Below are positions 1-11,415 of a DNA stretch of 64,000 bases, in pieces; position 1 is the stretch's first letter; each line of letters opens with the position of its first letter. Origin of the DNA: Camelus dromedarius (taxonomy: Eukaryota); contig NC_087436.1 of NCBI RefSeq assembly GCF_036321535.1, positions 14,880,001 through 14,944,000 of the forward strand. The letters run 5' to 3'. Made by a program: the position numbers and the translations under genes. Below the pieces are notes generated by a model. The model saw only the letters and a list, made by a program, of their open reading frames with translations, was not told the origin of the DNA and did not search any database.

Positions 1-177
1 TTTAAAAAGCAGTTGTGTTGGGGTGGGTGTGGTGAGGAGCTGTCTGAAAGAGCTGGGACAAACCCAAAGGGCTTCATTTTTCAGCCTCCTCCGATGAGCA
101 ACTCTGTGACCCAAGACTTTTAAGCAACTACAGGAGCCAAAGCTCTAAAATGTTACTATTTAAAGTGCTTACGCACC

Positions 178-978
178 CGTGATATTGTGATTTATAATAA
201 GATATATGGATTTGATCTTTGTTCCCATTTCTGGCACAAAGCTCCTAAAACCGTTGGAATTTCTTAAGCGAGGAAAGTAATTAAGATGCCTTTTGTTATG
301 TTAATGAATTTTGGAAAGCACCCAGGTAACCTAAGAATGGGAGCTGGATGCCAAGGTACCCAACTGCGTAATTAGAGGTTTGGACCTTTCAGTCCCTCCT
401 GGACCTTTGAGGAAGAAAGAGGGGCTGGAGATCGAATCAGTCACCAAAGGACAATGATTCAATCAATCATGACTATGTACTGAAGACTCCATACAAACCC
501 AGAAGTATGGGATCTGAGAGCTTCTGGGTTGATGAACACATGGAAATTCAGGGAGAGTGGCACCCCTGGAGATGGCACAGAGATTCCTTACCCTTTCCCA
601 TACCGCATCCTAAGGCTCTCTCCCATCTGTCTGTTCCTGAGTGATATCCTTTCATAATAAACCAGTGACTGAGTAAGTAAAATGTTTCTTGGAGTTCTAT
701 GAGCGGCTCTAGCAAATTAGTCAAAGCCAAAGAGGGAGTCATTGGAACCTCTGGTCTGTGGCTGACCAGTCAGAAACACAAGGGACAACCTGGACTTGGG
801 ATTGGTGTCTGAAGTGGGGGAGAGGCAGGTTGCAGGACTGAGCCCTTAACCTGTGGGCTCTGATGCCATCTCTGGGTAGATGGTGTCACCATTGAGTTGA
901 ATTATAAAGGACACCTAACTGTGTCCTGAGCATTGCTTAGTGTGTTAAAAACACACACACTGGAACATGGTGCAGAGT
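178..978 (+). mobile_element. MER21-family (ERVL) solo LTR
   Basis: Starts gtgatattgtgatttataataag...ttctggcacaaagctcctaaaaccgttggaatttc, like the MER21 consensus as recalled; AATAAA at ~657. Confidence 0.75.
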
Positions 979-1592
979 TATAGCCCCTCATGAGGATGGG
1001 AAGACTTGGGAGTGTGGAGAGGGCAGGAGAAACTCTCTAACTGATGGCCCATCAGGCTCGGGTGAGACTCTTCCCAGGGTCATTCAAGCAAGAGAAGGTG
1101 GACTTCTCCCGGGGAGAAGGGCAGAGCCCCTTCCTGGTGTGGGAGTCTGAAGGAGAGGTCATGGCACCAGGGACCATTGAGGGACTCTAAAGGAGCAGCA
1201 GGATGCTTCTGTAGATGGTTCTGGGTTATGTGTGACCTTGATCTTCACCTGGGCTTTATCTGGAGCCTCTGATTCTTGATAGTCTCAGTTGGGCTGTTGT
1301 CCAGTCTGGCCAGTGTGTGAGCAGCTTCTGTCTACACCAGCACACTTCTTGTGTCTACACTGCCTTGAAAAGTGGAACAAACCTGGACCCAACGACTATT
1401 TTATTTGCCGCTGCATGTTTCAGAGGCAGAAGGTCATGAGGGCTTGAGAGGATGTAAGTGCGGCTGGAGAAAATCAGATTCCTGGAGTGAAAAAAGCAGA
1501 GGGACCTGGTTCCTGGGGTAAGTAGGGGTAGGGATGTTGACTGTGACCCCAGATGTTGTCACTTGCGTGAATTCAAGAATCACTGAGGCAAA

Positions 1593-2182
1593 TGTTCATA
1601 GCAGCACTATTTACAATAGCCAAGACATGTAAACAACCTAAATGCCCATTGACAGATGACTGGATAAAGAAGTTGTGGTATATTTATACAATGGAGTATT
1701 ACTGAGCCATAAAAAGGATGAAATAATGCTCTTTGTAGCAACATGGATGAACTTTGAAATGATTTTATTAAGTGAAGTTAAGTCAGACAGAGAAAGTTAA
1801 ATATCATATGATATCACTTACATGTGGAACCTTAAAAAAAAGATACAAATTTTATTTACAAACTAGAAATGGACTGATGGACATAGAAAACAAACTATGG
1901 TTACCAAAGGGGAAAAGGGTGAGGGGAGGGATTAATTAGGAGTTTGGGATTAACAGATACACATTACTATATATCAAATAGATAAACAACAAGGACCTAC
2001 TGTATAGCACAGGAAACAATATTCAATTTCTTGTGATGGGATATAATGGAAAAAAATCTGAAAATATATGTGTATATATATGTATGTATATGTATAATTG
2101 AATCACTTTGCTGTACACCTGAAACTAACATTGTAAATCAACTATACTTCAATAAAAAGAAAAGAAAAAAAGAAAAAAAAAA
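1593..2182 (+). mobile_element. 5'-truncated L1 3' end with poly(A) tail and 18-bp TSD
   Basis: L1 ORF2-end/3'UTR motif (atgttcatagcagcactatttacaatagccaagac), AATAAA and A-rich tail. TSD aagaatcactg(a/g)ggcaaa at 1575-1592 and 2183-2200. Confidence 0.95.
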
Positions 2183-2363
2183 AAGAATCACTGGGGCAAA
2201 AATCAGTCAGAACCCAGTACAACCAGTTCCTTCAAAATAGATGATACTTAGACCATTCTCTCCTTTACTCAGTAATTTCATTTATTTGGCATGATGATCC
2301 ATCAGGAACTAGGAATGGCAGCAATACAATCTGGTTTCTGCCTTCAAGGAGTTTGCCATTCAG

Positions 2364-2582
2364 AGCAGTGTTGCTCAGTGCACCTTTGTGAGGTGTGGAA
2401 ATGTTCCCTCATTCTGCACTATCTAATATGGTAACCACCAGCCACACGTGGCTATTGAGCACTTGATAGATAGCTAGGGCCACTGGGGCACTGAATTTTA
2501 AATTTTGTTCAGTTTTAATTAATTAAAATTAAAATTTAAGTGGCCACACGTGGTGAGCAGCTGCTGTATTGGACAGTGTTGG
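2364..2582 (+). mobile_element. MER3-like hAT-Charlie non-autonomous DNA transposon
   Basis: gccacacgtggctattgagcacttga core, AT-rich centre, ...gtattggacagtg end. Confidence 0.8.
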
Positions 2583-2596
2583 TTTAGAGGACAAAT

Positions 2597-3030
2597 CAAC
2601 TAGGATGCTTTTGGCTGTAAATCACACAAGGCACAGCTCAGAATCGACAAGAAGTCTAAAGATGTGGTGGTCTTTGGGTTGAGGCAATACAAATGTCATC
2701 AAGGATTCAGATTCTTTCCATCTTTCCTTTGTGCCTTCCTCAGCATGTAGACTTTGTGCTCTGTTTTCTCCCTCATGGTCACAAGATGGCTGCCACATCC
2801 CTGCCCACAACAGCATCTGTGTGAGAGTGTTCTTCCTCTGTTTCTCTTGCTAAGAAGTCCCCACTACCCCTGCCCCAGCATTTCCCCTCCGGTCTCATTG
2901 AGATTTACCTTTCATGTTGGTTCTACACTGGATACAGGACCCAGTGGCCATCACTGGATAGAGACAGCAAGGTTCACCCCCTGAGGCACACAGCTGGGCT
3001 GCTGATACTAAGCAGGGGTAGAAAGTGCTG
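2597..3030 (-). mobile_element. old MLT1 (MaLR) LTR
   Basis: ggatgcttttggctgtaa start and catggtcacaagatggctgcc motif. Confidence 0.55.
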
Positions 3031-3099
3031 TCGGTAGATGACCTCCAGGTCTGGAGGTTGAATCAGTACCGGCTCAGGGGAGATTCCACCATGAACGCA

Positions 3100-3250
3100 A
3101 TTCTAACACACACAGGCAATAAAGGGCTCTAATTGAGGTGTGATGGAAGGGCTATGGGAGTACAGAGGAGGGCGTGGTTATGTCTTCCCAGGAGAGTTAA
3201 AGAAAGTGTCATAGAAAAGATAACTTTCCAAATGAGCCTTGAAAAATAAG
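3100..3250 (-). mobile_element. L2 fragment
   Basis: gggctatgggagtacagaggaggg...aaatgagccttgaa resembles antisense L2. Confidence 0.5.
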
Positions 3251-4289
3251 ATTAAAAATAGTGCTTTAACATAAGCATGGTCTAGCAAAGCTCTGCCAGT
3301 AGGTGAGTGGGTGTTCCCCGCTTCTCTGGGACGTGCAAAGTTCTTCAGAGAAATGACTGTATCATCTCTGTGGCTTTCTCAAGTTCTGCTTCTTCTCACT
3401 TTCTTTTTTTCTTTAAAGAGATAGAGAGGAGGTCTGTTGAGCCAGCAGCAAAACACATCCCTAATTTCTTGCTTCATGTTGTCACTAACTGTCTGTCTAT
3501 TCACCCACCACTCCACACACTCCACCCTTCTCTGATTCAACTTCCTTCTCTTGGAAGATCAGAGATGGAGGGAAACTGGCAAGTGAGAGGCAGGGTCTAG
3601 GGTAAGCATGTGGTCTGAGACTTGCATACACACACCTCCTCAGGAGGCCCCCGGGGAAGGACATCTCTAGTCCCAAAAGGCAGCCGTGGCTACTAGTGGA
3701 TATAATGAGGCCACAGAGATGTCTCTCAGTTATAAAGCGGGATGGATTTTTTTAAGAGTCTGGCAGGTGGTAGAAAAAGAAAACCATCAGCCGTAACAAC
3801 AACAAAGACGGTGTCTGCCCCAAGTATTCTCTCATCATTGTCGTCTTGAAGATGATTCTACTCCATTACCAGTTGGGGGCTGAGCCGTCTCTGCCCGCCA
3901 GACCCGGGGCTCATCCACATCCTCCCCGGGGAAACCAGCCAAGGATGTGGCTCCATTCTTGCTTCCAATCTGTTATCCCCCGAGTCCTGTCATACCTTGA
4001 GTTGGGAGCTGAGGGATTTCCATTCCATTTAGTGAGACATTAAAGAGTAAAAGGGGTCCAGAAATGTCATCTATATGATTTAAGACATTTTTCCCCTTAG
4101 GTACAAATGTGGGTGCACATCTGTGCATGCTCACACACCCAGAATCGGACTACCACGGGCTGTCAGAGGATTGCTTCTGTCAGCTATCCTTTCTCTCTAT
4201 TCGCTAAATTTTGCTGAGAAACATGGATGACTGAGAAAGAAGAGTTAAGTGGTTTGATGTTGAGGAATAGAGTGTGAGGGAAGCTATTA

Positions 4290-4990
4290 TGCCAACAAAA
4301 TGTTGAGAGTCTTCTAATTTTTAGCCAATTGTTTAAAAGACGACAGATGGTAATGTTTATGAGATGTATAATTCAAGGCAAATCTGTCCAGATAGAGAGG
4401 ATAAAGCATCTTTAACTTGGCTAACAAATGTTGAGCTGCATTCAGATAAATAAAACCAACCGAACCCAAGGCACATAATTGCAATGCTGGAAAGATAGAA
4501 AACAATCTTTTTTTTTTAAATAAAAGAATTATATGTAACAGAATAAAGGGTTGGGCTATTTCTGTCTTTCCCTGCTGATCAGTTATCTTATCAGTCACAG
4601 GTGAAGGCAGGTTGCATCACCAAACCTTGAATATTTAACATTCGGCTACTCTTTCCAAGGTCATGCGGCACACCAGTTTTTCAGTCCTCCCAACTTTTTG
4701 TTTTGAGCCAAATAACATGATCTTGGCTTCATTAATATTTAAGAGTAATTTAGACTGTGCCAGATGATCTTAAAGCTCATTTAAATCAGCTTGAAGATAA
4801 TATTAAGCTTTCTCCCAGCATAATCTCCTACCATAAATGATAGTGTCATCTGCATATAAATGATGGGCTGAGGATGATAATGAACAGCAGAGATAATCAA
4901 TATAGAATGACAATGGCACTGGATTTCAGATAAATCTTTCGAGGACCCATTATTCTGCTCTCAGAGTTAAAGATGCATTGTTTTTTGTCC
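4290..4990 (-). mobile_element. Ancient L2/Crack-clade LINE reverse-transcriptase fossil (stops, frameshift)
   Basis: Minus-strand translation WVLERFI*NPVPLSFYIDYL...HLYADDTIIY (YADD at 4845-4856)...LQADLNEL*DHLAQSKLLLNINEAKIMLFGSKQK...LERVAE, then ORF 4314-4598 IYLNAAQHLLAKLKMLY. Order and spacing match LINE RT motifs (GVPQGSILGPLLF, YADD, KLxLNxxKTKxMLF, IERV-KYLG). Confidence 0.88.
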
Positions 4991-5864
4991 ACATCTTCTA
5001 AAGAAAACACAAAAGATTTTCATGAAATGAATCTTCTGTGCTGTTTAGGAGGGGGAGGTCCACAAATTACACAAGTACTGTTTTGCAAATGCAATAATTA
5101 GAGTTCACGCAGATCATTGCTTTATTGGATTGAACAACTGTCTCTTGGCAATTGTTGCTCCTCCTCTTCTTTCTCCCCCTCCTCCCACTTCCTCCCTCTC
5201 AGCCCTGGTCTTCCTACATGGCACTCACCGTGGTGGCACCTGCTGGTCTGCTCTGGAACGGTACCCATAGTCCTTGGAGTGGGACTGCCCTCCTGGAACC
5301 AAGGAGCCCTTTGACAGTGAAGGAGGAGATGTCACAGGGACACTGGCACTGGCTTCCCTCCTTGGGGTAAACTGCATTCTTGGTGGCTCTGCACAAAGCC
5401 TGGACGTTCCCACCTGAACATAGGGTCTCCTGGAGATAGTTTAAAAAGCTCATGTCACGTGGCAGAGAGTCAGTGGTTAAAAAAAGTTTTTCTGAAAGAG
5501 TCAGAACAGAGGGCAGAGCCTGGGCACGTTGGCAGCAGTGAGAGCTGGTGAGCGTGGGCTCAGTCAGAGGTCAGAACTGGGGGGAAGCACACCCCAAAGT
5601 CCGCTCTGTGGTTACTGACCTTCACCACGCAACATGAGGAAATCTCCAACTGGATTTAAGAAGTAGACATGGCTGACTTACCTTATAATGATCAGTAAAT
5701 GGTTAACTTATAATGATCAGGCAAGTGTGAGTCTCATGATCCGAAGCTCTTCTCCCTAAGTGTTAGCCATGGTTCTCCAACAAGGACTCAGGTGGACAAG
5801 GTGGACCTGGTCATCACCTGGGCCCCAAATTGTCACCTGCTGCTCCCAGTGGGAAAAATGATCT

Positions 5865-5950
5865 CCTTTAATCCTTGTACCTAGCCTCTGGGGTAGACGC
5901 CACTTTTACCCCCGTTGTACAGATGAGGAAACTGAGGCAGAGTTGAGGTC
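5865..5950 (-). mobile_element. MIR core fragment
   Basis: ttgtacagatgaggaaactgaggcaga. Confidence 0.7.
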
Positions 5951-7016
5951 AACAGGACTTAAAAAAACAGGAATTTGAAAAAGATTTGGATGCCAGAGCC
6001 TGAGCCCTCACCCACAGCACTCCCCTGCCTTGCCATTTTCAAATAAGCCTGTTTGATTAGAGTTGATTTAAGAGATCTATCAGGGATCGCTGAGAGCAGA
6101 AATTTGTCCTTCTGGATCCCTGGGTCTCTTCGCTGATGCTGAGATATGGACACCTGCAGCTTTACTTACTGAGTAGGGGGAAAGAGAGTCTCCAAATTCA
6201 ATATCTCCCTGGGAGAGGGGTTGGTTGGGGGAACACGTACTGGCCCCTCGGTGGGGATTATGCTTCTGCTACTGAGAAGCAAGATTCCTCCTCTTCTTGT
6301 CTCATAATCTCAGGCGTCTGTCACCTGAGCGCCTGCGTCTCATTCTGCATGCTGAGTATCCGTGGATTATTGATTCATCTGACACTGAAAAATGCCCGGT
6401 GCTAACAGGAACAAGGGTCTCTCAGTCTGATCTCTCCTACCATATTTTCTTTATTGCCTCTGCTCTGACTTTATTGAAAAAAAAAAATCCCATTACAAAA
6501 ACATGAATAGTTAGTTCTTGAATGTCCTGGGCACACCTTTCAAAGAAGAACTCATCAAACTCTGTCCGGACGCTGGCAGGGGAAAACAAGCCCACGTGAG
6601 AGATGAAATGCTTGAATTTGGATGATGGGGGTTGCCAGTCAGAGGGGGCGGGGCGCTGGCGGAACAGTTCACAACACACCTGAGGTGCTTACCTTGGCCG
6701 CATCGTGCGCACCTGAGAGATCTGAAGCCTCCCAAAGCCCAGGTCACCCCCAGAATTATTAAAGCAGAGTCTTAGGGAGAGGAATCCTAACAGAACATCT
6801 TTTAAAAGTTACCATGTGACTGCACTGTAGACTTATTGCCATGAAGCGATTTTTTTTTTAAAGAAAAGACTTGTGTGACCCCAGCCCAGTCCTTTTGTGT
6901 AAGTGCAGGGTGAGCTTGTATCAGAATATGGTCCTGTCAGCCAGCTCACACGTGAACACCCAGAGTAGGATCTGTGAGTCCTCTACTTCAGGTTTCAGCA
7001 ATGTCTGATATTCACG

Positions 7017-8127
7017 GTGCGTTAGTTATCTGTGGCTGCCGAACAAATTACCCCATACTTAGTGACTTAAAACAGCCAACATTTGTTATCTCATAGTTCC
7101 TGTGAGTCAGGAATGTGGGAGCAGCTTAGCCGGGTGGTTCTGACTTACAGTTTCCTATGAGGTTGTGGCCAAGATGTAGGCTGGGTCTGGAGGATCCTGT
7201 TGCAAGATGACTCCCTCACATGGCTGTAGGCGGGCGGCCTCAGTTCCTCGCTACGTGGGCTTCCCGGCAGGCTGCTGGAGCATCCTCCTAGCGGGCTAGC
7301 TGGCTTCCTTTTGAGGGCATGCTCCCAGAGCAAGAACCAAGAGAAAGCCACCATGCTTTTTTTTTTTTTTTTTAACAGAAGAAAAATTTAAAATCTATTT
7401 TAATATATAGTGGTTATCATTTGCAAATCTCAAACTCCAAATTTATCCCTTCCCACTCCCTTTCCCCTGGTAACCATAAGATTGTTTACTATGTCTATGA
7501 GTCTGTTATTGTTTTGTAGGTGAGTCCATTAGTGGCCTCTTTTTCCTTTTTTTTTAAGATTCTACATATGAGTGATATCATATGGTGTTTTTCTTTCTTT
7601 TTCTGGCTTACTTCACTTAGAATGACGATCTCTAGGTCCATCCATTTTGCTGCAAATGGCATTATTTTATTCTTTTTTTTTTTTATCACTGAGTTCATTG
7701 TATAAATATATACCACAACTAAGAAGTTGTGGTTTATCTTTATCCAGTCATCTGTCAATGGACATCTAGGCTGTTTCTATGTCTTGGCTATTGTATATAG
7801 TGCTGCTATGAACATTGGGGTGCATGTATCTTTTTGAATTAGAGTTCCCTCCTTATATATGCCCAGGAGTGAGAGTGCTGGATCATATGGTAAGTCTATT
7901 TTTAGTTTTTTGAGGAATCTCCACACTATTTTCCATAATGTCTGCACCAAACATCATGCCTTTTATGTCTTAATCTCAAATGTCTTATACCATCACTTCC
8001 TCCACATTCCATTTGTAGAATTACATCACTAAATATAGCCTACGGTTAAGGACAGGGAAATTAGATTCCACCTTTTGAAGAGAGAGAGAGAACAAAGAAT
8101 TCATGGCCATATTTTAAAGTCATCATA
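7017..8127 (-). mobile_element. MLT1F/G/H-type MaLR LTR split by an L1
   Basis: ttagttatctgtggctgcc..acaaattacccc..acttagtgacttaaaaca start; resumes after 7952 with ccatcacttcctccacattc...ggaaattagattccacctttt. Confidence 0.75.
7357..7951 (-). mobile_element. L1 3' end (antisense) inserted in MLT1
   Basis: Poly(T) at 7357-7373 and L1 ORF2 C-terminal remnant (ORF 7495-7758, MPFAAKWMDLEIVILSEVSQ). Imperfect TSD ca(c/t)catgc(t/c)tttt at 7349-7361 and 7952-7964. Confidence 0.92.
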
Positions 8128-8718
8128 GTGGATATTGGAGATTATTCACCTTCCTCATCTTATTCATCTTTTTTCCCAGATGGAAGCATTAATCCTGGAT
8201 TCCAGAGGTGCATCATGAAGCCAGATGCACAGCCGGAAAAGGCAGTGTCCCCTGGGCCCTCTTCCTTCCTTCTCCCTTCTCACTCTTTCATTCTGGTCCT
8301 TGACTCATATGCCCTGACAACCCCATGGTTACCTGTCCAGCTTCTATTTTCTCCTGTCTGGCCTCAGTGTGTATTGTCAGTCTTCGTTCAGAGTGGTTCT
8401 GCTGTGGGGGGTTGACCTGGGGTTAGGGATGCTTTGGACCAGGAGGGAGGAGGAAGTAAGAGACGAGAGGCCCTCCATGTGGTCTGGTCCCACACTCAGC
8501 CCTTTTCCTCCGTGAATCATAATCTCTTGGGAGCACATCTCCTATTATGCTAATGGAGTGTTTGTCTTATTGCCAGATTTGAATGACGTAAGACAAGGTC
8601 TGGCTTTGAGCTCTTGGAAATCGGAATTAAGCAGGAGGGAAGGATCTTGTCTATCACATTGGAAACCTGGATTTTAAATTAATTATACATCATTAGCATA
8701 ATTTAATTACACTTAGGA

Positions 8719-9250
8719 CAGAAGTTTTCAAAGTGTGTTCTAAGGAACCTCAGATTCTGTGAAGCTCTTTGGGGAATTTTGCAAATGTTTTATTGAAAAA
8801 TTTTGAATGCCGTATGTTTTTCATTGTAAACAAATAATATATTATATACAACTTTTAACAATCAGCACATTGGTCTGTGCCTGCCAACCTAACTTTTGAG
8901 TGTGGGAGCCCAGATATTGGAATAAAGCTTTTCCTGCTATCACTGTTAACTGAAAAGTGTCTTGAGTTTGCAAAGCAAATAGTTTTTGTCAAAAACTGTT
9001 ACCATTTGCCACCCCTCAAGTGTGGAAATCGGCCTTTCCTAGCTATTATACAATCAAAACAAAATGCTAAAATAAATTGGGTGCTTAGACTCATACGACT
9101 TCAATTTATAACCCTCACTTCCCATTTCAAACGATGTGTTGCAAAGATTCTTCATTATCTTTTTGATTGACTTCTAATAAATAAAAGCTATGAATGAAAG
9201 CCTATAAAACAGATGTTTAATAATAATTTGCCAATTTTAATCTGTTTTAT
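8719..9250 (+). mobile_element. hAT-Charlie element with transposase C-terminal remnant
   Basis: cagaagttttcaaagtgtg TIR-like start; ~9000-9110 reads LPFATPQVWKSAFPSYYTIKTKC*NKL...RLQ, like the hAT dimerisation region. Confidence 0.75.
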
Positions 9251-9256
9251 ACACCA

Positions 9257-9745
9257 GTATATCAGAAGGCTTGCTGTTGCAAATTACAGAAAACCCAACT
9301 CAAAATGGCTTAAGCAATAACAGGATTTGTCTTCTTACATAAAAAGAAACTCCAGGGTTGGTGGGTTTGATGGTTCAGCGACATCGTGGAGGACCCAGGT
9401 TTCTCCCATTTTCTGTTTTACCTTCCTCGGGATGCTGACTTTGGGCTAACTCCCTTCAAAATAGCAAGATTGTTGCTATAGTTTCAAGCATCCCAGGCAC
9501 AAGTGGAAATGTCCAATGGGAGGAAAGGGCAAAGAGTCTCTTCTTAGGAGCCGGTAGTTTTTCCCGGAAGCCCCTGAGCAGGCCTCCCCTGGCATTTCAT
9601 TGCCCAGAAACTGTCTAAACCAGTCACAACAAGAAGAAGGCCCACCCTAACTGGCCTTGTCAGAATCACGGACCCTAACACAAAGCTGGGCTCAGCCAGC
9701 ATGACCATATCATGAAAGATGGTTGGGACTCTACGAACATTGTCT
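9257..9745 (-). mobile_element. MLT1K/L-like MaLR LTR
   Basis: gttgcaaattacagaaaacccaactcaaaatggcttaagcaa motif. Confidence 0.7.
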
Positions 9746-10074
9746 ACTAGGATTTGGATTTCTCATAGGAATCATTTGATAAAACTGAAAAAAAAAAATT
9801 GGTTGGGAAAGCTGGGAGCTTTGAGAACTTTTCCCGGGCCCGTCTTGGGGCTATTTTTGCCAAAGGTCAGTTTTGCTGTTACTGCCTGAGTCTTGCTGGG
9901 AGGGAAGGGAGAGCCCCCATCCACATTAAGCTCAGGGCTAAACTCCAGCACTCCAACACTGCTTGACATCTATGGGGAAGGTGACAGCTTACAAGATGCT
10001 TTCATGTATATCGACCCAGCTAATCTCCAAAGGACGATGCAGCCTAAGCACTCCCAAACCTAGGTGACCATCCT

Positions 10075-10222
10075 GTCATCCCCATCACCGGGGGAGCATC
10101 TTGAACTAGAGTTGCAGGGCTCACCTTGGACCCAGTGAACCAGAACATCCCAAGGTAGGGCCTGGGAATTCATTTGTCTCAAAAAGCCCTTACAGGAAAC
10201 TGCGAGGGGTTGGACACTGCTG
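10075..10222. mobile_element. MER5-like hAT-Charlie MITE
   Basis: atcaccgggggagc...ggtagggcctgggaattcattt...ggttggacactgct. Confidence 0.55.
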
Positions 10223-11194
10223 GAGAGTTGGTGCAGCTGGACAGGAGGCTGCAGATGTGGGCAGGGGGCAGGTGAGGCCGGGACTGCAAGTTTAGGACTT
10301 CGACTTGGCCTGCAGACCCAACAGGAAGAGAAGAGAGACGGAATCTTCTCAACTGAAACTTTTTCAACTCCAGATTCCTCATCATCGTTTCTCTAGGGAA
10401 GTTTTTCTTTATAATTTTACAGCTATTTTTTCCAGGTTTATGTTTCCATACTAACCCCACCAGTCATGTCAGTAGGTCCTTTCCATCTACCAGACGCTCA
10501 GGCATAATGAGGCATCTAGAGGCACAGGTTGGTGAAGATGTAAAATTCGCCTTTTCTGTTTTCCTCCATCCTATTTGCAGCTCCTGGTGGTTTCAAAGAT
10601 ACTTAGGATTCCAGCGTTGAAGGCGGGAGCCTCCCTCTGTGCCTGCGCTGGGCCCCTCTCTAGCTGCCCTTTTGTTTGCTCATGTGCTGGAAGCTCCATT
10701 GAAGTGAGTGACAGCTGTGCAGGTGGAGATGCTGAGCGGGAGTTCAGGTGCTGGGGAGGAGACTGGCTCCCTTGGGAAGAAGCATAGCTCAGAGACCAAA
10801 CGCCTTAGATGCAGAGAAGCATGAAAAAGAAATCAGACCGGGGAGGGCAGCCTGTAGAGAGAAGGAGCTGTGGCTGCCTGTGAAGGGCCCCTGGGATGCA
10901 GGGTTTGGGGAGGTGAGGTCCCAGGGGCCTCCTACCTCCTCTACATCTATCGTGTCTGCATTTTCCATTAAGAGATGTCGCTGTGGCATTGGTGATAATG
11001 ATGCTGCAGACTCTCAGGCACAGTCCTGCTCAATGTAGACCCCAGAGCTGACCTAATTAGAGTGTGGGATTAGGGCAAAGGCTTATTGGTTAAGCAGACA
11101 TTGGTGCTCAAGGAGATGAAACATTCCATCTAGAATCCTTCCTTCCACTGGCCGTGAGTCCAGCAATATTATAGGTATTAAACATATTTGCTAT

Positions 11195-11415
11195 AATTTA
11201 TAGAGCAGCTGTTCATAGTCAGGCACTGTGCTAGGCACCTCATACACATTATTTACTTAAATCCCTACACTAAGCCCTGCAAGGAAGTTATTATGATCCG
11301 CATTCTACAGAGGAGAAAACAGAAGCTCAAAGAAACAGAGCAGCTTCCCCAGGACCAGGTACTTACCGAGTAGAGCTGTTGGAAATTGAACCTCAGTGTG
11401 TCCAGCTTGTAACCC
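11195..11415 (-). mobile_element. MIR SINE
   Basis: aggcactgtgctaggcac...cattctacagaggagaaaacagaagctc...ttgaacctcag. Confidence 0.8.

Noticed and set aside
4314..4598. 94-aa ORF as a domesticated RT protein
   Set aside because: The upstream catalytic region has in-frame stops and a frameshift; only a fossil is supported.
6633..6662. cagagggggcggggcgc as a CTCF site
   Set aside because: 5' half fits poorly; at most an isolated GC-box.
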